Shown here in pieces: positions 19,609 through 29,588 of a DNA stretch of 64,000 nucleotides (within the stretch, counting starts at the first letter, position 1; each line of letters opens with the position of its first letter). The translations under genes and the position numbers were made by a program. The notes below the pieces were generated by a model. The model saw nothing but the letters and a program-made list of their open reading frames with translations. It made no database searches and had not been told where the DNA came from. Source of the stretch: a virus; the IMG/VR virus record IMGVR_UViG_3300027754_000060, positions 1 through 64,000 of that record, one strand, 5' to 3'.

Positions 19609-19943
19609 TGGCAAGATTAAGTAAATTGCAAATATATTCTATAAAGTGGTTGAATTCTCAGGGGAAAAATATTGATGAAATTGCAAATGAGTTAAATTTA
19701 AAACTAACTACTAAGCAAATGGAAAAGATTATTCCTCCAGCTATTATAAAAGAAGAGCCGGTAGCTGTTGTTCCAACCATCGGAGTAAAAGATCTTATGA
19801 TAACTAGCACATCTGGTAAGAACAACAATACTATTGCTATTATGACAAAAGATGCTTCTGCTGCTGCTGATCATGCTAGAACATCTTCCTCCCCAGACCC
19901 TCGATCCTTAAATAAAAATTCTATTTACAGACAGAAAAAATGA
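19605..19943 (+). CDS. hypothetical protein, possible N-terminal HTH
   Basis: QGKNIDEIANEL; ATGA-coupled start at 19605. Confidence 0.65.
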   Translation: MMARLSKLQIYSIKWLNSQGKNIDEIANELNLKLTTKQMEKIIPPAIIKEEPVAVVPTIGVKDLMITSTSGKNNNTIAIMTKDASAAADHARTSSSPDPRSLNKNSIYRQKK

Positions 19944-20362
19944 CCAATAAATATCCGTCTAGGTACTCGAATGGCAAACAGGTGTCTGCTGCTCAGTATA
20001 TTACAGAAGTTATCTGCGAACACAAAGCTAAAATAGATGGATTGGATCTAAATTATAAATTTTGGATAACCAAAGAATGGGATCTGCACTATAGGAGTCA
20101 AATTTCTTCAGCTAATAAGCTGTTGAAGAAGTATTCCGCATCGGCTATTATAAAGGCTTTGAACGATAAAAAGTCAGAAAAAATTTATTCTTTGCGGGCT
20201 CCTCATCTTCTTCCTATTATAGAGAAATACGAGAAAATACTAGCTAGCCAAAATCTAGATTTTACTAAAGAAATAGATCGACAAGATCACAAGACGCACA
20301 GGCGAGATAAACAGAAACAAAACATCATCTCTAAACTTAAGGAATTGGATAATGGGATTTAA
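19940..20362 (+). CDS. hypothetical protein
   Basis: 140-aa coupled ORF immediately before recA. Confidence 0.8.
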   Translation: MTNKYPSRYSNGKQVSAAQYITEVICEHKAKIDGLDLNYKFWITKEWDLHYRSQISSANKLLKKYSASAIIKALNDKKSEKIYSLRAPHLLPIIEKYEKILASQNLDFTKEIDRQDHKTHRRDKQKQNIISKLKELDNGI

Positions 20363-21368
20363 AGAAGATCTTACTAAGAATTTTGGTCAAGATATTATAA
20401 TGTCTGCTAATTCTATAATAGATAGAGAGTCTGTAGTAATACCAGTTAGCCCATCTTTAGATATTATCTTGGGTGGAGGAATACCAGAAGGAAGTTTTGT
20501 TGTATTAACAGGTCAACCAAAATGTGGCAAAACGACCACCTCACTGGACTTCGCAGCCACTGCACAAAAAGAAGAGTATCAAGGAAAACTTAAGACTGCT
20601 AGGCGAGTGTACTATCTAAACGTAGAAGGTAGACTAAAAAAAAGAGACCTAGAGGGAATTCCAGGACTAGATCTTGATAGATTTGATGTAATAGGATCTC
20701 AACAAGGAAAGATATTACATGCCGAAGAATATCTTCAAGTAGCAGAAAGAATTATTAACGAAGAGCCTGGATGTATAATGATAATCGACTCCTATTCTGC
20801 ATTATGCACAGAAGCAGAAATAACTTCAGATATGGATAAGATGCAAAGAGCCGATGGTGCTAAGTTATTAGCTAAATTCTGCAGAAAAGTAGCAAATGTG
20901 ATTCCTGTAAATAAAAATATAGTAATAGGTATTACTCATCTCATGGGTAATCCAACTGGATATGGAGCAGAATTCAAAGAAAAGTCTGGTCAGGCTATTG
21001 CTTATCAGACAGATGTTAAGCTAAGAGCTAAAACTTTTAAGCCATGGACTATAAGTGCAGATAGTACACAAATAGGACAAGAGGTTGATTGGCAGGTAAT
21101 ATGCTCAGCACTTGGACCTCCCGGAGCAACAATTACCAGTTATATCAGATATGGCCAAGGAATAGATGTTCACATGGAGTCTATTATGCTGGCTTGTGAT
21201 ATAGGATTAATAAATAAGGGTGGGGCCTGGTATACATTAGACTTTCTGGAAGAAGAGAAAAAACAAAAATTACAGGGTTCAGAAAAAATTAGACAATTCT
21301 TATTAGAGAATCCATTAGCTTATAAAAAATTAAATGAAGCTATTAAAAAAACTATGGGAATAAAATGA
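20352..21368 (+). CDS. recA: RecA/UvsX-like recombinase
   Basis: SLDIILGGGIPEG, Walker A GQPKCGKTT, IIDS and GAWY. Confidence 0.9.
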   Translation: MGFKEDLTKNFGQDIIMSANSIIDRESVVIPVSPSLDIILGGGIPEGSFVVLTGQPKCGKTTTSLDFAATAQKEEYQGKLKTARRVYYLNVEGRLKKRDLEGIPGLDLDRFDVIGSQQGKILHAEEYLQVAERIINEEPGCIMIIDSYSALCTEAEITSDMDKMQRADGAKLLAKFCRKVANVIPVNKNIVIGITHLMGNPTGYGAEFKEKSGQAIAYQTDVKLRAKTFKPWTISADSTQIGQEVDWQVICSALGPPGATITSYIRYGQGIDVHMESIMLACDIGLINKGGAWYTLDFLEEEKKQKLQGSEKIRQFLLENPLAYKKLNEAIKKTMGIK

Positions 21369-21775
21369 CCATAAAGGATCTGGATAATAATATCCATAAT
21401 TGGCACCTGACTGGAAATATGTCCCATGGAAATACTGCTAATAAGTCGTCATTACATCTTAGAGTTAGACAAATATTGACAACAAATTTCCCCACTTTAC
21501 AAATACTAGAAGAAGTTCCTATTCCATTAAGAAAATCTGAAACACTATATCTAGATTTTTATATGCCGCTAATTAAAACATGCGTCGAAGTTCATGGGGA
21601 ACAGCACTATAAGTTTGTTGCTTACTATCATAATAATCAATTTGGTTTTATAAAACAAAAAAAGAGAGATAAAGATAAAAAAGAGTGGTGCGAAACCAAT
21701 GGGATCAAATATATAGATCTTGCTTTCGATAAAACAGATGAAGAATGGGAGAAGCAGGTAAAGAATGAATACTAA
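21365..21775 (+). CDS. PD-(D/E)XK (Vsr/DUF559-like) endonuclease
   Basis: LDFY....CVEVHGEQHY...RDKDK..WC..NGI. Confidence 0.75.
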   Translation: MTIKDLDNNIHNWHLTGNMSHGNTANKSSLHLRVRQILTTNFPTLQILEEVPIPLRKSETLYLDFYMPLIKTCVEVHGEQHYKFVAYYHNNQFGFIKQKKRDKDKKEWCETNGIKYIDLAFDKTDEEWEKQVKNEY

Positions 21776-22247
21776 AGAGCAAGTGGAAAATTGGGACAAG
21801 GTATTAGATGAATATGAAAAGGGCGTTGGCTTTAGTTCGTATGGTCTAAATAAGTTTGATGATACGGAGTTTAGTGATTATTTTACTATGTCTAGGGACC
21901 AAATTGAAAAATTGACCCCAGAAGACTGCGCTCAGATCTCGTATCGGCTGGCACAATTCGCTTTTCATGTTCAAAGAACAGTTAACAGAGAATTAGCTAG
22001 ATATAATTGGTCAGACGAAACTATCAAGGAGACAATTGCTGATGAGCTAAATAGTTATCATGGATATGGATATGCGGAAAAATCTTTACAAGCAATAAAG
22101 CATAATAGTGGAGCCCAGTCTCTGAATAAGATTAAAAAGTATGCAAAACAAAGGGCTGATAGATTGCAGTATTTGTCAACAAACATAAAGAATCTCTCAG
22201 ATATTCTACTATCTGTACAAAAAACAAAGGTGAAACATGGATCTTAG
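21765..22247 (+). CDS. helical protein, possibly a UvsY-like recombination mediator
   Basis: Coiled-coil character and position after recA; function is inferred only. Confidence 0.45.
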   Translation: MNTKEQVENWDKVLDEYEKGVGFSSYGLNKFDDTEFSDYFTMSRDQIEKLTPEDCAQISYRLAQFAFHVQRTVNRELARYNWSDETIKETIADELNSYHGYGYAEKSLQAIKHNSGAQSLNKIKKYAKQRADRLQYLSTNIKNLSDILLSVQKTKVKHGS

Positions 22248-22647
22248 TCAGTTTTCCAAAAATCCCGAGCAAATCAGAGGATTAATAGCTCTGCTGGAAA
22301 GCATGTTGCCGAAAGAAAATGCTGAGGATGCTGTTGAAGATGAAGACAAGCAGGCTACTCCAATAGAGACTAAAGCAAAAAAAAGACCTGGTAAACAAAT
22401 TAAGAAAAAACCAGCAGAAAGCAAAAATAAATTTTCTTCAATGCCAGAGTTCAATATGCACAAAGATGATTCTGCCATAGATAAAAGGCTTGCAAAAATA
22501 CCTCCCACTGCTAGAATGAGAGAGTCCATTTCATATGTCGATGTGACATGTAGAATTTGTGGCAAGAGAGAGACGATAAGCTCTTCACTTGTCTTTGAGT
22601 CATTGTCTAGATATAAATGCAATAGTTGCGCAACACAAGCGGGATGA
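22237..22647 (+). CDS. hypothetical protein with C-terminal zinc ribbon
   Basis: CRICG...CNSC. Confidence 0.75.
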   Translation: MDLSQFSKNPEQIRGLIALLESMLPKENAEDAVEDEDKQATPIETKAKKRPGKQIKKKPAESKNKFSSMPEFNMHKDDSAIDKRLAKIPPTARMRESISYVDVTCRICGKRETISSSLVFESLSRYKCNSCATQAG

Positions 22648-24107
22648 ATATGATTTTATGCGATCCATCTGCTGAAAGAGCCGTATTGAGTTGTATTATT
22701 CAGTATGGCGAGGATGCTTTTTTGGATGTCTCTGACTTAATTACGGAGTCGACATTTACTGTTGATAGCAATCAGATTATTTTTAGGTGTCTGAAAAATA
22801 TATGTGAGAAGAACAATAAGCCTAAAATAGACATAGCCATGATATATTCTACTTCTCAAGAGCTAGAATTGTCACATATCTTATCGAAAAAAGAAGAAGC
22901 TCAACATTTAAAGGCCATAAATGATTTTCCTGCAAATCTAGAGAATGTTAGAAAATTTGCTGGAAAAATAAGAAAACTTGAAATAGCTAGACTCTTACAC
23001 AAAAGATTGAAGACTATTCAGGATCAGCTGTTAGAGGTAAATGGTACAGAAAGCATATCCTCAATTTTAGGAGTAGCAGAAGATTCTATTTTTAATTTTT
23101 CTTCAACTCTCACCAATGATGATTCTGGGCCAGCTGCTGTTGGAGATGGAATTGCACAATATGTAGATTTTCTTCAAAATAATAAAATTGATCAGGTAGG
23201 AATATCTACTGGCTTCCCAGTTTATGATAAAGCTATTGGTGGAGGACTAAGAAAAAGCACAGTAAATATAATAGCCGCTAGACCAAAAACCGGTAAAACA
23301 TTACTGGCTGATAATATGGGCCTATATATTGCTAACAAGCTAAAAATTCCAGTGCTAAATATGGATACAGAAATGACCAAAGAAGATCATATCCATAGAT
23401 TATTAGCTATGTCGACAGAAATAGAGATATCAAAAATTGAGACAGGTCAATTCTCAGAGTCTCCAAATCTTGTGAATAAAATTCAAGAGGCAACAGAACA
23501 ACTAAAAAATACTCCTCTGTATTACAAAATAATAGCGGGAAAACCATTTGATGAACAGCTATCGATAATGAGAAGATGGTTAGTAAAAGATGTTGGACTG
23601 AATGACGATGGAACAGCAAAAGATTGCGTCATATTCTATGATTATATTAAATTAATGGATACTGCAGGATTATCTCAAGATGTAAAAGAGTACCAGTTAC
23701 TGGGATTTATGATGACTAGTTTGCATAATTTTGCAGTAAAATATAAGGTTCCAATAGTTGCATTCATCCAATTGAACAGAGATGGTATAAATAAGGAAAG
23801 CACAGATACTGCTAGCGGATCAGATCGAATAGTTTGGTTATGTAGTAATTTTACTATCTTTAAGAAAAAATCAGACGAAGAAATTGCTGAGGACGGATCT
23901 GAAGCGGGCAATAGAAAACTGGTGCCAGTCATTAGCAGACACGGAGGAGGATTAGACGACAATGACTATATTAACTGCAATATGAAAGGCTGGTGTGCCA
24001 AAATAGTAGAAGGCAAGACAAAATTAGAAATAATGCATAATGTTCATACTCCTAAAGACGGATTTATAGTAAATGGAACAGGTGATGAAGAAATCTCGTT
24101 CGTATGA
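22644..24107 (+). CDS. dnaB: replicative DNA helicase (DnaB family)
   Basis: AERAVL, ISTGF...D...GG, ARPKTGKT, EM, DYIKL and QLNR. Confidence 0.95.
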   Translation: MNMILCDPSAERAVLSCIIQYGEDAFLDVSDLITESTFTVDSNQIIFRCLKNICEKNNKPKIDIAMIYSTSQELELSHILSKKEEAQHLKAINDFPANLENVRKFAGKIRKLEIARLLHKRLKTIQDQLLEVNGTESISSILGVAEDSIFNFSSTLTNDDSGPAAVGDGIAQYVDFLQNNKIDQVGISTGFPVYDKAIGGGLRKSTVNIIAARPKTGKTLLADNMGLYIANKLKIPVLNMDTEMTKEDHIHRLLAMSTEIEISKIETGQFSESPNLVNKIQEATEQLKNTPLYYKIIAGKPFDEQLSIMRRWLVKDVGLNDDGTAKDCVIFYDYIKLMDTAGLSQDVKEYQLLGFMMTSLHNFAVKYKVPIVAFIQLNRDGINKESTDTASGSDRIVWLCSNFTIFKKKSDEEIAEDGSEAGNRKLVPVISRHGGGLDDNDYINCNMKGWCAKIVEGKTKLEIMHNVHTPKDGFIVNGTGDEEISFV

Positions 24108-25164
24108 TCAGTATCAGTTAAAAGAGCTATCGTATTTGGTTTGTGACAATATTGAAGATCTTTTTTCTGTTCTGAATATTTCGTCCTATAAGATATCTGG
24201 AAATATGATATCTATGTCTTGTCCTATTCATGGCGGAGATAATGACTCTGCCCTAAATCTATATCATGAAGGAGACAGCTACAGAGGAAACTGGAAATGC
24301 AGAACTCACCAGTGTGAACAAGTTTTCAAGTCTTCTATAATAGGATTCATTAGAGGATGCTTGTCTAGAGAAAGATTAAGTTGGCAGAAAGTAGAAGACG
24401 ACACAGTATCATTTAAAGAAGCTATCGATTTTGCTATTGGTTTCGCGAAACATGATCCGAGTATATCAAAAGTTTCAAAAAAAGATAAAGAAAAAAATAA
24501 CTTTGTAAACATGGTAAAGCATACTGGGGTTGTGCCTGTAACTAAAGGTCCAACTGTCTCTAGAGAAATGGTGGTGAAAGGATTAACAATTCCTTCCAAG
24601 TACTTTTTAGATAGGGGCTTCACAAAAAATATTCTTGAAAAGTATGACATAGGGGACTGCATTAAAACAGATAGGGAGATGAGCAATAGAGCGGTTGTTC
24701 CTATATATGACATCTCTCGCTCAACAATGGTAGGATGTACAGGAAGAGCAACAGATGGACAACTTCCAAAATGGAGACATAGCAAGGGACTAAAAACTCA
24801 GGAGCATTTATATAATTTCTGGTTTGCTAGAGAACACATTAAGTCAAGTCGATGTGTGATCATAGTAGAGAGCCCAGGAAATGTTTGGAGACTAGAGGAG
24901 TCAGGTATTCATAATTCAGTAGCGATATTCGGAGCATCATTACAAGACAAGCAGAAATTATTGTTAGACATTTCGGGTGCCATGAATATAATAACGATTA
25001 TGGATAATGACAAAGCTGGAGTTGACGCTGCCAAGCAGATAAGGGATAAGTGTGAGAGAACATATAATATAAATAATATTTCATTAGAACACAACGATAT
25101 TGCTGATATGAGTATATCTGAAATAAAAGATACCATTAAACCTATGATAGAAAGAATCAAATGA
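24073..25164 (+). CDS. dnaG: DNA primase (CHC2 zinc finger plus TOPRIM)
   Basis: CPIHGGDN...WKCRTHQC, VGCTGR, LYN, IIVES and MDNDKAG. Confidence 0.88.
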   Translation: MEQVMKKSRSYDQYQLKELSYLVCDNIEDLFSVLNISSYKISGNMISMSCPIHGGDNDSALNLYHEGDSYRGNWKCRTHQCEQVFKSSIIGFIRGCLSRERLSWQKVEDDTVSFKEAIDFAIGFAKHDPSISKVSKKDKEKNNFVNMVKHTGVVPVTKGPTVSREMVVKGLTIPSKYFLDRGFTKNILEKYDIGDCIKTDREMSNRAVVPIYDISRSTMVGCTGRATDGQLPKWRHSKGLKTQEHLYNFWFAREHIKSSRCVIIVESPGNVWRLEESGIHNSVAIFGASLQDKQKLLLDISGAMNIITIMDNDKAGVDAAKQIRDKCERTYNINNISLEHNDIADMSISEIKDTIKPMIERIK

Positions 25165-25811
25165 CCTACATACTATCATTTTCTGGACGTAAGCAGTCGG
25201 GTAAAAGCACATCAGCAGATTATATAATATCTTTAATAAATGAGCATAAATTCAATATGTCTTATAAGATCTATAGTTTTGCAGACCCACTTAAACAGGA
25301 CATCTGCATCAACATATTAGGACTAACTTATGACCAGTGTTATGGGTCTGATGATAATAAGAACACTATGACTGATTTATGGTGGGATGGGGTTCAATTA
25401 ACAGCTAGAGAAGCTATGGAGATCATAGGGACTAAAATCTTTAGAGCATTAAAAACAAATGTATGGGTTGATGCTACTATAAATAAGATTAAAAAAGAAA
25501 ATGTGGATCTGGCTATTATCTCAGACTGTAGATTTCCAAATGAGGTAGAGGCAGTTAAAAATGGTGGGGGTCTTAATATAAGACTAGAGTCGGATCCATT
25601 CCATTCTAATAGTATCAGTGAAAACTCTCTAGATCAGGATGTTTATGATTGGTCTAATTTTGATCTTATTATTAAAAATTCTAAAATGACTATTGAGGAA
25701 AAAAATAAAGAGATATTAAGATTTTTATATGATTATAATATTATCTCTACTTGTGGGCTTTCTGATGATAAAATACGACAATACCAAAACAAAGGAATAC
25801 TGTCATTATAA
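25161..25811 (+). CDS. deoxynucleoside monophosphate kinase
   Basis: GRKQSGKST, SFADPLK, AREAM..IGT..FR and ISDCRFPNE. Confidence 0.88.
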   Translation: MTYILSFSGRKQSGKSTSADYIISLINEHKFNMSYKIYSFADPLKQDICINILGLTYDQCYGSDDNKNTMTDLWWDGVQLTAREAMEIIGTKIFRALKTNVWVDATINKIKKENVDLAIISDCRFPNEVEAVKNGGGLNIRLESDPFHSNSISENSLDQDVYDWSNFDLIIKNSKMTIEEKNKEILRFLYDYNIISTCGLSDDKIRQYQNKGILSL

Positions 25812-26842
25812 TAACATACTTCAGAAGTTCATCTTATAATACCCATTCTATGTGCGAGCAGCAGTACTTTGCTGAATACGTACTTGGTTGGCGAGGCCCA
25901 TCTGGACAAAAAGCAGACAAAGGAACAATAACTCACAAAATACTAGAAATTTTAGCAGTAATAAAAAAGGGTCTACAAGACAATGCTTCTAGTATTGATG
26001 ATAATATCTTGGGCAATATTAGTACCACTAATTATGATTTAGATGATATTATATCAAGAGTATATAAGCATTATTCTGAAAAAATTTCCCCTTACCATAA
26101 ATGGTCTGATAAAGATCTTAGAGACTGTAGAGACTGGACTAATAAAGCCATATCTTTTAATGGGGGGATGTTTGATCCAAGAAATAGAAATATTATATGT
26201 CCAGAACAACACTTTGATTTTGAAATAGATAAACCTTGGTCTAAGTATTCATATAATACTATGGACGGAAGACTGGAAGGGAATTTGGCTCTTAAGGGGA
26301 CAATTGATCTCATTACTCTTGTAGATGATGATACTATAGAAATTATTGACTGGAAAACCGGAAAGAGAAGAGATTGGGCAACAGGAAAAGAAAAGACTCA
26401 GGAGAATCTGGAAAAAGACCCTCAGCTTATGATCTATTATTATGCCATAAAGCACCTATATCCAGACATAAAGAATATAATTTTTTCTATATATTTTATC
26501 AATGATGGAGGACCATTTTCTGTGTGCTTTAGCAATAAGGATATTCTTAATACTGAAGATATTCTAAGGGCTAAGTTTGAAATAATTAAAAAAAGCAAAA
26601 AGCCGAGACTCAATAAAACCTGGATGTGCAGTAAATTATGTCATTTTGGAAAGACCACATTCGAGAACACCAATATAGAAGCAATGACGGAGTATAGAGA
26701 CAATCAAAGGTGTCCAAATGGATCGGTAATGACAAAATGTGAGCAATTAAAACACGAGGTTGACCTTTACGGAATAGACACTACAATGATCATGTACACT
26801 CACCCGAATCACTCATTAAGTTTCTACAAAGCTCCTGGTTAA
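25805..26842 (+). CDS. PD-(D/E)XK exonuclease (RecB/AddB/Cas4-like); probable non-canonical ATT start
   Basis: SSSYN...CEQQY, KGTITH..LE, EQHF, KGTIDL, IIDWKTG, QLMIY and C-terminal Cys residues; the frame is open upstream of ATG 25850. Confidence 0.85.
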   Translation: MIITYFRSSSYNTHSMCEQQYFAEYVLGWRGPSGQKADKGTITHKILEILAVIKKGLQDNASSIDDNILGNISTTNYDLDDIISRVYKHYSEKISPYHKWSDKDLRDCRDWTNKAISFNGGMFDPRNRNIICPEQHFDFEIDKPWSKYSYNTMDGRLEGNLALKGTIDLITLVDDDTIEIIDWKTGKRRDWATGKEKTQENLEKDPQLMIYYYAIKHLYPDIKNIIFSIYFINDGGPFSVCFSNKDILNTEDILRAKFEIIKKSKKPRLNKTWMCSKLCHFGKTTFENTNIEAMTEYRDNQRCPNGSVMTKCEQLKHEVDLYGIDTTMIMYTHPNHSLSFYKAPG

Positions 26843-26844
26843 GC

Positions 26845-28716
26845 ATGAAACCCTCTTACTCCGTACTTCACTGTCATTCTCACTACAGCCTATTGGATGG
26901 GATTAGTAAACCAAGCCAGATCGCCAAAAGATGCGAGGATATAGGAGTAAACTCATGTGCTATTACTGATCACGGATCTATCTCTGGGTGCGTCCAGTTC
27001 TATTCCGCTATGGCTGCTAAAAAGATCAAACCAATTCTTGGCTGCGAGATGTATCTTTGCAAAGAAGACTCAAAGATCAAAACAAAAGAAAACAGTCATC
27101 TTAGTCATTTTATTATTTTAGCAAAGAATCTCAAAGGATGGAAAACTCTTATAAAGATTATTTCTGAATCAAATCTAGAAGAAAATTTTTACCATAAGCC
27201 AAGACTAAGCCTTGACAGACTATCAGAAATGTTAGATGGTAACATTATAGGTTTTTGTGGACACATAGGGTCATATATCCACGACTTAATTAAGATCACA
27301 GAGAGAGAAAATATGATCAAGGAGAGTACTGAATTTGTCCACAAGATGAAAGATGTTTTTGGTAAAGATAATTTTTTCCTAGAGAGTCAGCTTATGGACG
27401 CTCAAAATAATAAAGAGCAAATATCTTTAACAGAATTTATTCGAGACATAGGACAAAAAACTGACACTCGGGTGGTATGTACTCCAGATGCTCATTATTG
27501 TGAAAAAAAAGATGCTGTGGATCAAAGGGTTCTTTTATGCAATAGTATGAAAACAACACTCTCAGATATAAGTTCTAAAATTTTAAACGACGAAGATATT
27601 CCTCTGGGCTGCTTTTTTAAATCTGATAATTATCATATTTTATCAAACGAAGAGATGTACGATATCCACACAGAAGAAGAAATAAACAATACCATATATC
27701 TTAGTTCTTTAATAGAGGACTACAACATATTACAGAAACCTTCTTTACCCCCATTCGATTGTCCAAATGGGCAAAATCCAGATGAATATCTAAGACAATT
27801 GTGTAGAAATGGTTGGAGAGAAAAGATTCTCAATATTATTCCTGTTGAACATCATGATGAATATACAAATAGGATCAAGTATGAACTAGAAATACTTCAA
27901 CAGGCTGGATTATCTAGCTATTTTCTTATAGTCGAAGATATTGTAAAATATATTAAAGGGGAAAAATGGCTACCCGGTCCAGGAAGAGGATCAGCAGCAG
28001 GATGTCTTGTTTCATATTTATTGGGAATAACATCAATAGATCCAATAAAATATAATCTGATCTTTGAAAGATTTTATAACTCTGGAAGAAACTCAGAAGG
28101 TAGTATTTCTATGCCAGATATTGATGTTGATGTTCCCATTAATAAAAGAGAGAACATTATTAATTATATTAGAAATAAATATGGGTCAGATAAAGTCTCT
28201 CAGATTATAACCTATAATACTATGAAGGGTAGAGGAGCTTTAAAAGAAGTTTTAAGAGTTTATGGAGATGTTTCATTCGAAGAGATGAATAGAATAACAA
28301 AAAATATACCCGATGAGGCTAAGATAGCGGATGAGTTGCAAGAGATGAAACAGGACACTGGAGAGGCATCTATTATTAGATGGGCATTAGAAAACAATGT
28401 TGAAAAACTCAAAGAATGGTGTAGTATATCTGAAGATGGCTCATTGGTCGGGCCACTGTGCAAAAGATTCGAGCAAGCAATTCGACTAGAGGGAATCAAG
28501 TCAAATCAATCCAAACATGCTGCTGGTGTCGTTATTAGCAGCACAGAACTCAGAGATATTTGTCCCATGATCTATGATGCAAAAAACAATCAGCACTTAG
28601 GAGGCATGGAAATGCAAGATCTTGAAAATCTAGGAATCATAAAGTTCGACATATTAGGCATAGCAATGTTAGACAAGGTTATGATTATTTCAGATATTCT
28701 TAAAAACGGAGAGTAG
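26845..28716 (+). CDS. dnaE: DNA polymerase III alpha, N-terminal part (PHP plus palm)
   Basis: LHCHSHYSLLDG, AITDHG, GRGSAAG, FERF, MPDIDVD, HAAGV and KFDILG. Confidence 0.95.
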   Translation: MKPSYSVLHCHSHYSLLDGISKPSQIAKRCEDIGVNSCAITDHGSISGCVQFYSAMAAKKIKPILGCEMYLCKEDSKIKTKENSHLSHFIILAKNLKGWKTLIKIISESNLEENFYHKPRLSLDRLSEMLDGNIIGFCGHIGSYIHDLIKITERENMIKESTEFVHKMKDVFGKDNFFLESQLMDAQNNKEQISLTEFIRDIGQKTDTRVVCTPDAHYCEKKDAVDQRVLLCNSMKTTLSDISSKILNDEDIPLGCFFKSDNYHILSNEEMYDIHTEEEINNTIYLSSLIEDYNILQKPSLPPFDCPNGQNPDEYLRQLCRNGWREKILNIIPVEHHDEYTNRIKYELEILQQAGLSSYFLIVEDIVKYIKGEKWLPGPGRGSAAGCLVSYLLGITSIDPIKYNLIFERFYNSGRNSEGSISMPDIDVDVPINKRENIINYIRNKYGSDKVSQIITYNTMKGRGALKEVLRVYGDVSFEEMNRITKNIPDEAKIADELQEMKQDTGEASIIRWALENNVEKLKEWCSISEDGSLVGPLCKRFEQAIRLEGIKSNQSKHAAGVVISSTELRDICPMIYDAKNNQHLGGMEMQDLENLGIIKFDILGIAMLDKVMIISDILKNGE

Positions 28717-28720
28717 TATC

Positions 28721-28900
28721 ATGCAAAAAACAATGGATGAATTAGCAGTTGGAGAAATGTTTACTGTTAATGATGTTAAATATGTTAAGATTTCAGATGT
28801 GAAAGTAAGTTGTTGTCGTAGCGTAAATTGTCAGGAACACGACAACTCTGGTTCTAGGCACTTTTTCCCAGGAAATACAATAGTAACAACCAATGGCTAA
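28721..28900 (+). CDS. small hypothetical protein (59 aa), absent from the ORF track
   Basis: MQKTMDELAVGEMFTVNDVKYVKISDVKVSCCRSVNCQEH...; fills the gap, has RBS ggag and overlaps the next gene. Confidence 0.75.
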   Translation: MQKTMDELAVGEMFTVNDVKYVKISDVKVSCCRSVNCQEHDNSGSRHFFPGNTIVTTNG

Positions 28901-29588
28901 TTCTCAGAAGATTTGTGTTTTTGATTTAGAAACAGATGGCGTAAATCCAGATGTTTGTAGTCCAGTTCAAATAGCTGCATTAATGATAGATCCTTATAAA
29001 TTAGAGATTATTAAAAACTCAGAGTTTAATATTAGTCTCAAGCCATCTGCTCTTGAAGATAAGCCAGATTATAGATATGAAGATAGTGATGTTTTAGATT
29101 TTCACGCAAAGGTTAGATCTTGCGATAAGTCTATCATATTAGAACAATGGCAAGGATATCAGAAACAAGAACATGGATGGAAAATGTTTATATCCTATTT
29201 AGACATATATCATACCAGAAGTAGTAAAAAATCTTGTTTCTCAGCTCCTATTGCTGCTGGATATAATATAAATAGGTTTGATATTAGGATAATAGACAGA
29301 ATGAGTAATAAGTATGGCAATACAAATAAAGAAGGCAGGAACAATCTTTTTTATCCAAGAGATGTAATAGATCTAATGAATATGGTTTTTTATTGGTTTG
29401 AGGCTAATACTGAACTTAAAAGTTATACTCTGGATAATGTAAGAGAATACTTTGGTTTATCCAAAGAGGGTGGTCATGATGCTCTCAAAGATGTTAAGGA
29501 TACAGCCGAACTACTAATTAGATTTATGAGACTGCATAGAAATACTGCCGCTAAAGTAAAGTTTAAAGGATCTTTTTTAAATGTCTAG
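28893..29588 (+). CDS. DEDDh 3'-5' exonuclease (DnaQ/epsilon-like)
   Basis: FDLETDG, AGYNINRFD and HDALKD. Confidence 0.9.
   Translation: MANSQKICVFDLETDGVNPDVCSPVQIAALMIDPYKLEIIKNSEFNISLKPSALEDKPDYRYEDSDVLDFHAKVRSCDKSIILEQWQGYQKQEHGWKMFISYLDIYHTRSSKKSCFSAPIAAGYNINRFDIRIIDRMSNKYGNTNKEGRNNLFYPRDVIDLMNMVFYWFEANTELKSYTLDNVREYFGLSKEGGHDALKDVKDTAELLIRFMRLHRNTAAKVKFKGSFLNV

Noticed and set aside
25805-26842. Cas4 as evidence of a CRISPR-Cas system
   Set aside because: There is no cas1/cas2 or array. Stand-alone Cas4/RecB-like nucleases are common in phage replication modules.
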